This document shows, in pieces, positions 20,641 to 29,909 of a DNA stretch of 64,000 nucleotides. This stretch comes from Candidatus Omnitrophota bacterium. Lineage in GTDB: Bacteria > Omnitrophota > Gorgyraeia > Gorgyraeales > Gorgyraeaceae. The stretch's first letter is position 1, and the number at the start of each line of letters is the position of its first letter. The notes beneath the pieces were generated by a model. It was not told the DNA's origin. It saw only the letters and a program-made list of their open reading frames with translations, and did no database searches. The DNA is taken from contig JBHPFI010000002.1 in assembly GCA_042572045.1 (NCBI GenBank), positions 92,245-156,244 on the forward strand. The letters run 5' to 3'. Position numbers and translations under genes: made by a program.

Positions 20641-20781
20641 TTAATTCGAAGTCTGCTCTGAATCCGCTTTGGCCTGCATGTTTTTTTTATCCAGTTTACT
20701 TTGTTCCTTTTTTTCTTTTTTCTTTTTCTTTGCCAATTCTCTCTGATACTTCCTATATGAATAATTATCTCTTGCCAACAT
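20641..20781 (-). CDS. small Lys-rich protein (46 aa, absent from ORF track)
   Basis: AAAGGAGGG RBS then ATG at 20781. Translation is MLARDNYSYRKYQRELAKKKKKEKKEQSKLDKKNMQAKADSEQTSN*. Preferred over the overlapping 69-aa ORF, whose ATG sits inside the -10 box. Confidence 0.4.
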   Translation of the reverse strand: MLARDNYSYRKYQRELAKKKKKEKKEQSKLDKKNMQAKADSEQTSN

Positions 20782-20831
20782 ACCCTCCTTTTATCTTGGC
20801 TCATCCTACATGGTGACACCCTGTAGTTGAG

Positions 20832-20901
20832 ATTATACCTCAAACAAAAATCCCTTGCAACCTATTTTGTTAAAAGGGATTAGAAGTATTGGCTCCCCGG
20901 G
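20832..20901 (-). repeat. island boundary 1 (outermost): hairpin/promoter + tRNA-Asn 3'-end core
   Basis: Core TGGCTCCCCGGG at 20890-20901 is 12/12 identical to 39111-39122. Hairpin TCCCTT/AAGGGA. Minus-strand TTGCAA (20855-20860) -N17- TATAAT (20832-20837). No conserved arm. Confidence 0.75.
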
Positions 20902-20982
20902 TTGAACGATGTTTATAACGCTAAAATTATATCGTCAGTTATTGTAAATACAAAATTAATAATATTGTAAAGCCATGCGCGA

Positions 20983-22014
20983 CTACTTACTCCTTACCCT
21001 CTTAATCATAAAGTCTACGGCCCTGGAGCAATTTGTAGGCTCTATTGCCACCCCGGGATTACTTAACAGAAACACCCTAAATATTTCATCTGCAAACCCC
21101 TGGCCTATTGTTTTAACTTGATTAAAATCCAAAATTACTACTTTAAATTTGTTTAGTCCCGTAATGAGCCTCCTGGCCTGAGACCTTGAAGTATATTCTA
21201 CGTTCTTATGATAAAGTTTAACGATTACTTTTGTTTTGTTAAATTTGTAGTCACTGTCGGTGTACTGTGCGAAAATCGTACTTATATCTTTTCTGGTATT
21301 TTTATTTACTTGAAAGTATACTTTTGTACCCTTACGATACTTTATTTCATTTGTATAAATATCCTTTACCTTGTTATCGATAATCAGTCCTATCTTTGCA
21401 CTTTCAATCTTGAAGACATCTGCAGTTTTTGAAGTAAAAAATATACCTTCTCCTGTATGCTTTGACGGCATTGTAGTTCTTTTGCCTTTTAAAATTTCGG
21501 TTAGCGCATCATACTCATCGGCTAGCTTAAACTTTTTCTGTATATGCTTAAAAATACCTATGCCCTTATCAGTAACGTTAAAACTCGCCGTGTCGCTAGT
21601 TAAAGTTAGTAAAATATCTATATATTCGGAACTGGAATGCTCGATTGCGTTATTAAGCATTTCCGTAAAAGCGTATCTTATAATATCCTGAGTATTCTTT
21701 TGTAATTTTTTTAAAGACGGCATTCTATAGATAACCCTATTATAGACAAAATCCTCTTGTATTTTTTTGTTCCTCAGCCTTACCTTGTATACCTTGTCCT
21801 CTTTTTTTAATTTTCTTGCCTCTTCTTTTGAAAACAAAATATAATATGAGCCTCTTGTCTTGCCGATCTTGAGAAGATTTCGCGATTTAACTAATTCACG
21901 TAAATGTTGATGGGCCGCCTGGCGTGAGATATTACAAATTTTGGCAATGGCGTCGCTGTTTATGCTACCCTTGCTCCTAATTTGTTTCAATATTAAATCT
22001 TTTATGTTTCGCAT
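20983..22014 (-). CDS. HTH + histidine-kinase-like ATPase + STAS-like (DUF4325-type) protein
   Basis: 343 aa. N-terminal wHTH (ISRQAAHQHLRELV), an ATPase N-box-like EMLNNAIEH, and a C-terminal DUF4325-like segment. Confidence 0.6.
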   Translation of the reverse strand: MRNIKDLILKQIRSKGSINSDAIAKICNISRQAAHQHLRELVKSRNLLKIGKTRGSYYILFSKEEARKLKKEDKVYKVRLRNKKIQEDFVYNRVIYRMPSLKKLQKNTQDIIRYAFTEMLNNAIEHSSSEYIDILLTLTSDTASFNVTDKGIGIFKHIQKKFKLADEYDALTEILKGKRTTMPSKHTGEGIFFTSKTADVFKIESAKIGLIIDNKVKDIYTNEIKYRKGTKVYFQVNKNTRKDISTIFAQYTDSDYKFNKTKVIVKLYHKNVEYTSRSQARRLITGLNKFKVVILDFNQVKTIGQGFADEIFRVFLLSNPGVAIEPTNCSRAVDFMIKRVRSK

Positions 22015-22086
22015 ATTTTGAGTATACCATAATTGTAAAGTATTGTAAAGTATTTATTAGTTTTATTGTAAAGTAAGTAAAAACAA

Positions 22087-22131
22087 AAAATCCCAAGTGA
22101 AAACTTGGGATTTTGTCCAATATGGCTCCCC
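22087..22131 (-). repeat. island boundary 2: hairpin + core
   Basis: Hairpin AAATCCCAAGT-GAAA-ACTTGGGATTT at 22087-22112 with a T-run on the minus strand. Core TGGCTCCCCG at 22122-22131 (10/10). No conserved arm. Confidence 0.7.
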
Positions 22132-22377
22132 GATACATTCACTCATCAAACTACTTTTACGTATATATTTAGGTTCAAGGTTAATAGATATTGCTCGTAA
22201 TATTCTTTTTTATTGAACAACATATACGTCACATAGACTTACGCAACGCGTCTGGGGATTATGGGCATTATTCGAAACAGAGATAGATTTTTGATAACCT
22301 TCGAGTTATAATACGAACTATGGTTGCTCTTACATGATTCACGTCCCTATGATCAGAAATAATAATGCGAGGAAATA

Positions 22378-23376
22378 ATGGGATCGCAAAACGATATTCT
22401 GGTTAGTGTCGTAATTCCCTGTTACAATAGGCGGGATGATCTGCGCAGATGTCTCCAGGGACTTATTCTTCAGAAGCAAAACACATCGCACATTCCTGCA
22501 TTTGAGGTTATCGTTGTTGACAATGGCTCAGAAGATGGTACAGCCGATATGCTTCATACCGAATTTTCCTCTGTGCGTCTACTCCGAAATTCAGTAAATT
22601 TGGGTGCTTCTAAGGCAAGAAACCAGGCCTTAAAAATTATTTTGAATAAATATGTTTGGTTTCTTGACTCTGATTCGGTAGTTGAGAATTTAGATTCTCT
22701 TGTGTGGATGGTCAAAATAATGGAAGAAAATTACGACATCGGAAGTATTGGCGGTGAACTTATCAAAGATACTCAGGGCAAAGTAATTCTGAAAAGTAAG
22801 CGGATTCTCTTGAATGGCGAGACTGGAGCAAAGTCAATCGAACCTCATAAAGCTAAGCTCGTTAATTGTGACTATCTTGCGACTTGCAATTGTTTTACGC
22901 GACGAGAACTCCTCCTCAAAATCGGAGGATTTGACCCGGATTACTTCGTCTTTAGCGAGGATAAAGAGCTCGGGTTAAAAATCAAAAAACTTGGCTATCG
23001 TAATGTTTGTGATTACCGAACAGCCGTATTTCACAATATCACTTTTTCACAGCGAAGAAGTATTTTTTTGAAGTATCGTAACGTCATTAGGTTTGCGCTA
23101 AAAAATTTATCTATCTGCCAGATATTAATAATGCCTTTTTCAACCGTTCTTATAAAAATAAAGGTTGGAGAAGATGTTTATCGACAACTTAAGAAAGACG
23201 AACCAGCGGTTCTCAAGTATGTACCTAAGCATCTGTCTTTTTTTGGTAAGCTCTTTTTCTTAGGTGGTATGTATATTCTGGCATTACTTTGGGCTTATAT
23301 GTGGAACCTTTGGCATTTGTTTCCTACCTTGAAGGCGAGATTCAAAAGGAGGAATTATATAGAATATGATCCATAA
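22378..23376 (+). CDS. family-2 glycosyltransferase
   Basis: 332 aa. VVIPCYN...DNGSEDGT...DSD motifs. Confidence 0.8.
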   Translation: MGSQNDILVSVVIPCYNRRDDLRRCLQGLILQKQNTSHIPAFEVIVVDNGSEDGTADMLHTEFSSVRLLRNSVNLGASKARNQALKIILNKYVWFLDSDSVVENLDSLVWMVKIMEENYDIGSIGGELIKDTQGKVILKSKRILLNGETGAKSIEPHKAKLVNCDYLATCNCFTRRELLLKIGGFDPDYFVFSEDKELGLKIKKLGYRNVCDYRTAVFHNITFSQRRSIFLKYRNVIRFALKNLSICQILIMPFSTVLIKIKVGEDVYRQLKKDEPAVLKYVPKHLSFFGKLFFLGGMYILALLWAYMWNLWHLFPTLKARFKRRNYIEYDP

Positions 23377-24529
23377 ATTCTTTGGTATAAAAACCGAGCA
23401 ACGTCAAGGACTCTATAAAGCATTTTGTGCGCTTCCGAAAATTATTAAGAACCCTTTAATTAATATAGCTTGCTGGATAGGTAGGCATCAAATCAAATCT
23501 TTCTCTACGCCCCCCAGGCTTATCTGGTACGTTACCTCCCGTTGCAATGCTCGGTGTAGCCATTGTTTTTATGGCCGTCATATTAATCAGAAAGACGAAT
23601 TTACTATTGATGAATTTAAGAGGGTGGTTCGGAGCCTCGATACGAAACTTAGAGCGGTTAATCTTACGGGCGGAGAACCCTTTCTCCACGGAGATCTCCC
23701 TGAGCTTTGTCGTACTCTCGCTGAAATAAGTAAAACAGATTTAATTACACTCCCAACAAATGGGAGTAAGCCAGCCTCTATAGAGCTATCTCTCCAAAAA
23801 ATCCTCAAAACCGCTAAACTTAGGGTAAATGTTCAGGTTTCGCTGGAGGGGACGCGTGATGTTCACGATCAAATTTGCGGTATTTATGGCATTTTTGATA
23901 ATGCTGTCGAAACCGTACAGCGATTAAAAAAATTAAAATCCCACTACAAGAGACTCAACAATATATCAGTCATCACTACGCTCTCTTTGCAAAACGAGAA
24001 GTGCTTGTCAGAGTTAATGCGATTTGTCAGAGAAGAGCTTGGTGTTTTTCACAAGATTCAATTTATCCGTGGAGCTCATACAGATGTCTTTGGGATTGAG
24101 TTATGTGACTTGAGTGAACTCGATCCTTTACATCCAGAGAAACCGCACGATATTGTCGGTGTAGTAAATTTTTTAAGTAGAGATATTCTTCGATATAATA
24201 AAACTCTCCTAGCGCGTAAACAGATTGAACTTCTTTATCAAGCTGCCTCGATATTAACCAACAAGAAGCCAAGCGTAAATTGTCTTGCTGGACGTATTGA
24301 TGGTGTGATTTTTGCTAATGGTGACGTTGCTATCTGTGAGTTGACCAAACCTTTTGCTAATCTACGGGATTTCAGTTTTGACTTTCATAAACTATGGAAT
24401 AGCTCTCAAGCAAATGAGATGCGACGCAGAACCCAAAAATGTTTTTGTACGCATCCCTGCAATCTCACAACTTCAATGAGTTTTGATCCCCATATACTTA
24501 AAAAGCTTTCCGTTGAATATATACTGTAG
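23366..24529 (+). CDS. radical SAM protein with SPASM-like C-terminal Cys cluster
   Basis: 387 aa. CNARCSHC (CxxxCxxC) plus a C-terminal C..C....C...C cluster. Confidence 0.75.
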   Translation: MIHKFFGIKTEQRQGLYKAFCALPKIIKNPLINIACWIGRHQIKSFSTPPRLIWYVTSRCNARCSHCFYGRHINQKDEFTIDEFKRVVRSLDTKLRAVNLTGGEPFLHGDLPELCRTLAEISKTDLITLPTNGSKPASIELSLQKILKTAKLRVNVQVSLEGTRDVHDQICGIYGIFDNAVETVQRLKKLKSHYKRLNNISVITTLSLQNEKCLSELMRFVREELGVFHKIQFIRGAHTDVFGIELCDLSELDPLHPEKPHDIVGVVNFLSRDILRYNKTLLARKQIELLYQAASILTNKKPSVNCLAGRIDGVIFANGDVAICELTKPFANLRDFSFDFHKLWNSSQANEMRRRTQKCFCTHPCNLTTSMSFDPHILKKLSVEYIL

Positions 24530-24530
24530 C

Positions 24531-25976
24531 CTAGGTTTTGTATTTAGCACGGAACAAATATTTTAAAAGGTACTTGCCCATGCGGAGTAAGTTAGTGCAG
24601 TAACTCCTGCTCAAAACCATCATTCTAAGAAAACGCAAAAATATTTTTGGCCTCAAATGAAATTGCCAGAATGCCGATTTTGCCATTTTGTTCGGATCAA
24701 AATCTTCAAACAATAATATACCGCTATTATATTCCGGGAACAGATATCTCTCATTAATGGTATTCGGAACACAATTAGCAAAATACCAGTCTTTTTTAAT
24801 AAGATTATTCCTGACAGCATAGTCATACAGGTGCGTACCAGGATATGCTATGGCGGGGAAAAACCTCACGAAAAACGAGTTGAGCTTTTTTGCAAAATCC
24901 ACTGAATCCCTGATGCTCTGCGGTGTTTCATTTAGGTTTCCGATCATAAAAGTCGCATGCGTTTTAATTTTTGCTTTCCTGGCTAATTTGAATATCTTTA
25001 CAGCAAAATCTTTGTTGATCTCTTTGTTAATTGTGTTAAGCATATCTTCATTCCCGGATTCTATGCCGAAATTAATTAAATCAAACCCGCATTTTTTCAT
25101 ATTGGCCAATAAAGTCTTATCCACGCAGTCAACTCTCGTATTGCACCTGAAATTGACTTTTAATCCAGATTCCAATACTTTTTCACAGAACCGGTTTGCC
25201 CATTCCTTGTCTTTTGTGAACAAGCTGTCTTTAATAACAAAATACTTTATGCCGTATTTATGATAATTATATTTCAATTCTTCCATAATATTTTCTATAC
25301 TTCTGTTCCTCCATTTATGTCCGTGTATAATGTAAGCCGAACAGAAATTACAATTATAAGGGCAGCCCCTGCTTGTTATTATTGAAGCGGTTTGGGCAAG
25401 AGAATAAGGTACGTTATATAACTTAGGTCTGTAATTAATAATATGACTGAGTTCAGGAAACGGCAAAAGGTCCAAATCAACAATAAACTTTTGCGGTTTA
25501 TTCATAATTATATCTTTATTTGACCGATAAATAAGATTCGGGACTTCCATCAGCGGCATATTATTATTTAATTTTTGTATCAAATTAAGTAATGCCTCTT
25601 CTCCTTCCCCATAAATCAGATAATCAATATTCCTGTCATACTCCAGCATTTCTTCTTTAGTGCCGGATATATGCGGCCCTCCTAAAACAACAGGTATATC
25701 ATTAAATTCATCTTTCAATTTAGCGGAAAGCTGAATAACTGTATTCAAAAAGACCGTCATGACATTAAATCCAATCAGGTCTATGTTTTTTTCGATGATG
25801 ATATTCCGCAAATCCTGGTAGGAAAACCGCTGGATTTCTCCATCAAAGACATACGTTTTAACCTCATGCTGATTCAGGTAGGCTGATATATACAGGAGCC
25901 CCAAAGGGGGTAATCCGAACAACGCTTTACTGTTCAGACGTGCCGGAGGGCATATTAATAGAACATTTTTGATCAT
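24531..25976 (-). CDS. B12-binding-domain radical SAM protein
   Basis: 481 aa. N-terminal cobalamin-binding-type Rossmann fold and CPYNCNFC. Confidence 0.8.
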   Translation of the reverse strand: MIKNVLLICPPARLNSKALFGLPPLGLLYISAYLNQHEVKTYVFDGEIQRFSYQDLRNIIIEKNIDLIGFNVMTVFLNTVIQLSAKLKDEFNDIPVVLGGPHISGTKEEMLEYDRNIDYLIYGEGEEALLNLIQKLNNNMPLMEVPNLIYRSNKDIIMNKPQKFIVDLDLLPFPELSHIINYRPKLYNVPYSLAQTASIITSRGCPYNCNFCSAYIIHGHKWRNRSIENIMEELKYNYHKYGIKYFVIKDSLFTKDKEWANRFCEKVLESGLKVNFRCNTRVDCVDKTLLANMKKCGFDLINFGIESGNEDMLNTINKEINKDFAVKIFKLARKAKIKTHATFMIGNLNETPQSIRDSVDFAKKLNSFFVRFFPAIAYPGTHLYDYAVRNNLIKKDWYFANCVPNTINERYLFPEYNSGILLFEDFDPNKMAKSAFWQFHLRPKIFLRFLRMMVLSRSYCTNLLRMGKYLLKYLFRAKYKT

Positions 25977-26047
25977 TTTTTATGTGAAACCCGCATAGCT
26001 CAGTTCTGTGAATTAAATGTCTTATCCAATCCTTATTAGCATTATCT

Positions 26048-26743
26048 TTATAATATATTAGCAACAATATAGGACCAGATAAAATAAATCCCAACAATTA
26101 CAAATATAATACCAGTAATTTTTCTCGTATATAATTCGAGCGCCGTTGCTTTACGGAACCATTTTGAGAAAGAGGTTACACCCATAGCAATCCCCAATGC
26201 GAATATAACCACAGGAATGCCTGTGCCTATACCATAAAAGAAAGGTAGGATAATCCCATAAGTGCTTTTTAATGCAAGAGGAATTAGGCTGCCGAAAAAT
26301 AACGCGGCAGCGATGGGACAGAAAGATAGGGCAAAAATTACTCCAAGCATAAAAGAACCCTTTGTCCCTGATTCGGCTAATGCAGTCTGTTTATCTTGAG
26401 AAATTGAAAAGCTCGGAATGTTAATCTTTATTAAATCTAACAGAAACAATCCAACTATTAGTAAGACAGGGCCTAAAATCTTGTTCATATATTTCTGCAA
26501 AAAATTGGCTGTTGCGGGAACACTTGCTAATGAAGTTATGATAACAACTCCTAATACAGCATACGTAAGCATGCGCCCAACGGTATAAACAATGCTTGAT
26601 TGCAACACGAGCTTGGGATTGTTTATTTTTTTTGATAAGAACGATACAGCTGCTATATTTGTAGCAAGAGGACACGGGCTTATGGAAGTAAGAATACCGA
26701 ACCATAATGCAGAAACAAATGGTAGTATAATCTGAATCATCAC
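26048..26743 (-). CDS. CcdA/DsbD-family transmembrane thiol-disulfide transporter-like protein (family also contains ArsG-type permeases)
   Basis: 231 aa and 6 TM. An SPCP motif lies in TM1. Confidence 0.65.
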   Translation of the reverse strand: MMIQIILPFVSALWFGILTSISPCPLATNIAAVSFLSKKINNPKLVLQSSIVYTVGRMLTYAVLGVVIITSLASVPATANFLQKYMNKILGPVLLIVGLFLLDLIKINIPSFSISQDKQTALAESGTKGSFMLGVIFALSFCPIAAALFFGSLIPLALKSTYGIILPFFYGIGTGIPVVIFALGIAMGVTSFSKWFRKATALELYTRKITGIIFVIVGIYFIWSYIVANIL

Positions 26744-27159
26744 TGGTTATCCTTTAAGTAATTATTGATTTCGGTTGTGACGTAGTTGAAAAATTTCTTT
26801 TTATCTCTTACATATTCCCATATCTTCGTAAGATTGTCATGCTGTATCTCTTTACCATTTTCGACACGTGAAATTATAAGAGCTTTCGTATACAGTTGAT
26901 AATCATTTACGAAGTGCTCGTTTTCCTTTTCTTCAACGTTTACTGTTTTAACAACAAGCAAACCATTAGTCAATTCATCTTTAAAGTTCTCCTCGATCGC
27001 CTCCTTTGTATACTGCTCCATCTTATGGCAAGTCGAACAACGGGCATTACCGTGAAAATAGTAAGCAATTATCTTAACATCAGCACCAAGCACCATCGTT
27101 GTGCTTATTACTAACAGTGCCATTAAAATGATTGGTGTTAAGAAACGCTTTATAACCAT
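26740..27159 (-). CDS. membrane-anchored thioredoxin-like CxxC protein (ArsF-like family suspected)
   Basis: 139 aa. Signal anchor and YYFHGNARCSTCHKME. Confidence 0.5.
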   Translation of the reverse strand: MVIKRFLTPIILMALLVISTTMVLGADVKIIAYYFHGNARCSTCHKMEQYTKEAIEENFKDELTNGLLVVKTVNVEEKENEHFVNDYQLYTKALIISRVENGKEIQHDNLTKIWEYVRDKKKFFNYVTTEINNYLKDNQ

Positions 27160-27377
27160 TTTTTAATCTCCTCTGCTGATAAAATTTTTCCTGATGACTT
27201 GACTTCACCGTCTATAACAAGAACTGGCATCATCATAACGCCACATTTTGTAATCTTGTCCATATCCTCAACTTTAATAATCTCAGCTTGAATGCCTTTT
27301 TCCTCAACCGCTTTCTTTGCGTTTTCATAAAGCATTTTACATTGAGGACATCCTATTCCGAGAATTTCAATTTTCAT
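27150..27377 (-). CDS. small thioredoxin-fold redox-active disulfide protein
   Basis: 75 aa. GCPQC active site; resembles TM0504-like proteins. Confidence 0.75.
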   Translation of the reverse strand: MKIEILGIGCPQCKMLYENAKKAVEEKGIQAEIIKVEDMDKITKCGVMMMPVLVIDGEVKSSGKILSAEEIKKWL

Positions 27378-27421
27378 GTTTTCTCTTTTAGTTATTCTAT
27401 CGACACCTCAGGTCAATAACC

Positions 27422-28378
27422 TTACATTATCGATTGAAGTATATTGAACAAATATCCTGTAATGATGATAGCTACGGTTGTTACTCCAAAAAAGATTGCT
27501 ATTAGCTGTAGTTTCATTGCCCTTCTTAAGATTACCGCTTCAGGAAAACTCAAGGCAGCTGTTGCCATCATAAAAGCTAATGCTGTTCCCAATGGAACAC
27601 CTTTTCTGAACAAAACCACCGCTATTGGCACAATTGCTGCACAGCTTCCATACATCGGCACTCCAAGTATAGTTGCAAGAGGAACCGAAAAAATACCTGT
27701 TTTACTTATTATTCCGTGTATTGTTTCTTGAGGGATGTAGTTATGAATAAATGAACCTATACCCACACCCAACAATACCCACATCCATAGTTTCTTTGTA
27801 ATTGACTTGGCCTCATCTATTCCAAAGATAATTCTTTCTCTTATTCCTGTATAAACTTTTTCTTTGGCTTGTTGCATATCTTCTGAGACCAAGCCTTTAA
27901 CAAGGTATCTCTCCAAATGCATCTTGCCCAGAATAGCGCCTGAGATAACGCCTATCGTAATTCCGCTTAATACATAAAGAAGGGTAATTTTCCACCCGAA
28001 AAATCCAAGCATTACTATTACAAGATACTCGTTAATTAAAGGAGACGTTATTAAGAATGAGAATGTGGCTCCTAGCGGAATGCCAACTTCCAAGAAACTC
28101 AAGAAAATAGGTATAGAAGAGCATGAACAAAATGGAGTTACTGAACCAAAAAGCGAAGCAAAAAGATTACCCAATACCTTCTTCTTGCTAATCCAATCCT
28201 TAATCTTATTCTGAGATATATAAGTTCTAACAAAACCAATAGCTGCTATCATAAAAAATAGCAGCAACAGTATTTTAATAGAGTCATATAAAAAGAAATT
28301 GATTACTCCGCCCAGTCTTGAATCTGGATTTAATCCAAAAACAGAATAAACCAACCAGTCTATTATCAGCTGCAACAT
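27422..28378 (-). CDS. ArsP-type (PF03773-like) permease
   Basis: 318 aa, about 8 TM, with a TPFCSCSS vicinal-Cys motif. Confidence 0.7.
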   Translation of the reverse strand: MLQLIIDWLVYSVFGLNPDSRLGGVINFFLYDSIKILLLLFFMIAAIGFVRTYISQNKIKDWISKKKVLGNLFASLFGSVTPFCSCSSIPIFLSFLEVGIPLGATFSFLITSPLINEYLVIVMLGFFGWKITLLYVLSGITIGVISGAILGKMHLERYLVKGLVSEDMQQAKEKVYTGIRERIIFGIDEAKSITKKLWMWVLLGVGIGSFIHNYIPQETIHGIISKTGIFSVPLATILGVPMYGSCAAIVPIAVVLFRKGVPLGTALAFMMATAALSFPEAVILRRAMKLQLIAIFFGVTTVAIIITGYLFNILQSIM

Positions 28379-28503
28379 GACTTGCCTTTGCTTTTATCCT
28401 TGCTGTCACAACAAGGTTTTGCTTTTGCCTTTTCTTCCATTTTCTTGTCTAACTTTTCAAACAACTTACCAAAAAAACTTTTCTTCTTTTCTGGCCTATT
28501 CAT
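28366..28503 (-). CDS. 45-aa Lys-rich peptide with two CC pairs (absent from ORF track)
   Basis: Translation is MNRPEKKKSFFGKLFEKLDKKMEEKAKAKPCCDSKDKSKGKSCCS*. ATGA overlap with the DUF134 stop; its own stop overlaps the permease start. Confidence 0.45.
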   Translation of the reverse strand: MNRPEKKKSFFGKLFEKLDKKMEEKAKAKPCCDSKDKSKGKSCCS

Positions 28504-28802
28504 TTCTTCCTCCTTGTAATTCTGCAGCATCCACCTTCGATTTTAATCGCTTTTATATTTACTAATGCGTCGCCTATCTTGCTATGAGCGGAAGTAATGA
28601 TTCTTGAGAAAGTGGGCCGAGAGATTTTTAGTTTCTTTGCCGCTTCTTCTTGCTTTAATCCTTCATAATCAGATAATCTTACTGCCTCAAACTCATCTAA
28701 AGTCATGCATATGCCATCTAATTGATTGGATGGTTTACATTGCGGCCTGAAACATCTTTCTCCGGGTTCGCATTTAACCCATCGTGTCTTTTTCGGTCTC
28801 AT
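28500..28802 (-). CDS. DUF134 (UPF0251) putative DNA-binding regulator
   Basis: 100 aa. RPKKTRWV...F.P and a sigma-70-region-4-like HTH (QEEAAKKLKISRPTFSRI). Confidence 0.75.
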   Translation of the reverse strand: MRPKKTRWVKCEPGERCFRPQCKPSNQLDGICMTLDEFEAVRLSDYEGLKQEEAAKKLKISRPTFSRIITSAHSKIGDALVNIKAIKIEGGCCRITRRKK

Positions 28803-28817
28803 AACTACCTCTTTATA

Positions 28818-28837
28818 TTATGAACATATGTTCATAA
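28818..28837. promoter_or_regulatory. 20-bp perfect palindrome, candidate DUF134 operator
   Basis: TTATGAACATATGTTCATAA lies between the predicted promoter (TTGACA 28863-28868 / TAAAAT 28840-28845, minus strand) and the start codon. Confidence 0.6.
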
Positions 28838-28908
28838 AGATTTTATCACACCGCTAATAGCATGTCAAAGAAAAAGAGAGCTTGCCAAAAATGACAAACT
28901 CTCTTATC

Positions 28909-29046
28909 GTAACTTATTATATTTCAATAAGTTACATATCTTGGCTCCCTCAAGACTACGAGTTTCGCAACTTTTTGGAGGAGTTTAAGAATTGGTGTTT
29001 GAGTAAAGAAGCGACCAAATTGTCATTATTCCGACTTACAGCCTAA
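28909..29046 (-). repeat. island boundary 3: hairpin + core + conserved arm
   Basis: Hairpin GTAACTTATT/AATAAGTTAC. Core TGGCTCCC at 28942-28949. Arm in the plus frame reads WLPQDYEFRNFLEEFKNWCLSKEATKLSLFRLTA*. Confidence 0.75.
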
Positions 29047-29375
29047 CAGCAAGTATTTCCTTCTCCTGAACAATCACAGTTACAGCCTTTACCTTCATCT
29101 TTTATCGTTTCTCGATATTTAATCATTCTTTCTTTTCTAATTTTCTTCAAGTCGTCTCTATCAATAATAATATTCATACCATCTAGTGGCTTTGTTGCAC
29201 AGGCATACTCATTCTTACCATTTATCTCTACTACGCACGAGTTGCAGCAGCCCTTGCTTTTATTGTTTCTATAGCAGGGGGCTGCTATACTGATATTTAA
29301 CCTATCAGCAATATCAACTATATTTTTATCGTTACTACTAATCTGTATTTCTTTTCTATCAATGACAATCTTCAC
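29043..29375 (-). CDS. 2Fe-2S ferredoxin-like protein with Cys-rich tail
   Basis: 110 aa. C..C.....CC.SC pattern and a C-terminal CNCDCSGEGNTCC. Confidence 0.6.
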   Translation of the reverse strand: MKIVIDRKEIQISSNDKNIVDIADRLNISIAAPCYRNNKSKGCCNSCVVEINGKNEYACATKPLDGMNIIIDRDDLKKIRKERMIKYRETIKDEGKGCNCDCSGEGNTCC

Positions 29376-29396
29376 TGCTGTCTCCTTTTTATCCTG

Positions 29397-29445
29397 ATTA
29401 TATATAAAACAAAAACCCCTTGCAACTTATTTTGTTATAAAAGAG
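29397..29445 (-). promoter_or_regulatory. hairpin/promoter module (partial hairpin)
   Basis: Minus strand reads AAAATAAGTTGCAAGGGGTTTTTGTTTTATATATAAT. That is TTGCAA (29420-29425) -N17- TATAAT (29397-29402). Confidence 0.55.
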
Positions 29446-29498
29446 TAGTAAATAAACCAAGGATTATTTATTTTAGGGGTTTTGGGTAGGCCTACCTA

Positions 29499-29744
29499 TT
29501 ATCGATACCGAAAAATTAACAAAAGAATTAACAATGAAGAAATAAATCCGATAGAATACGATGAAATCAAAATCAAATCTTTAAGGAGCATCACATAAAC
29601 TAAGCCTGTGCCGTGTCCTGCCACCACCATTATCCATAATCCCACACTTAAACCAGATACATTTTTAGTTTTTATTATGGAAATAATCTGTGGAACAAAA
29701 CAAAAAGTAAACAAAACTACACTAATGACACCAAATATATACAT
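29499..29744 (-). CDS. PQ-loop / SemiSWEET-like 3-TM protein
   Basis: 81 aa and 3 TM, with a VPQI motif in TM1. Confidence 0.65.
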   Translation of the reverse strand: MYIFGVISVVLFTFCFVPQIISIIKTKNVSGLSVGLWIMVVAGHGTGLVYVMLLKDLILISSYSIGFISSLLILLLIFRYR

Positions 29745-29747
29745 TCT

Positions 29748-29882
29748 TTACTTTTGGGCAGTGCAACATTTCATACTTTTACCCATTATCGGACATTTCA
29801 TCATAGCGCATTTCATAAACATTAAAACTAAAGCACCGATTACCACTAACAATACTATCTGTCCAAACATTTTCCAACCCAT
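29748..29882 (-). CDS. 44-aa membrane peptide with Cys-rich tail (absent from ORF track)
   Basis: AAGGAGG RBS. Translation is MGWKMFGQIVLLVVIGALVLMFMKCAMMKCPIMGKSMKCCTAQK*. Confidence 0.45.
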   Translation of the reverse strand: MGWKMFGQIVLLVVIGALVLMFMKCAMMKCPIMGKSMKCCTAQK

Positions 29883-29909
29883 AACTACCTCCTTTTACTT
29901 TGGGTGTAT

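Noticed and set aside
25985-26010. CCCGCATAGCTCAGTTCTG resembles a tRNA 5' acceptor/D-arm and could mark another cassette boundary.
   Set aside because: Only about 15 nt of similarity, no remainder of a tRNA, no adjacent core or arm, and it is on the wrong strand relative to the other boundaries. It is treated as chance or an unresolvable relic.
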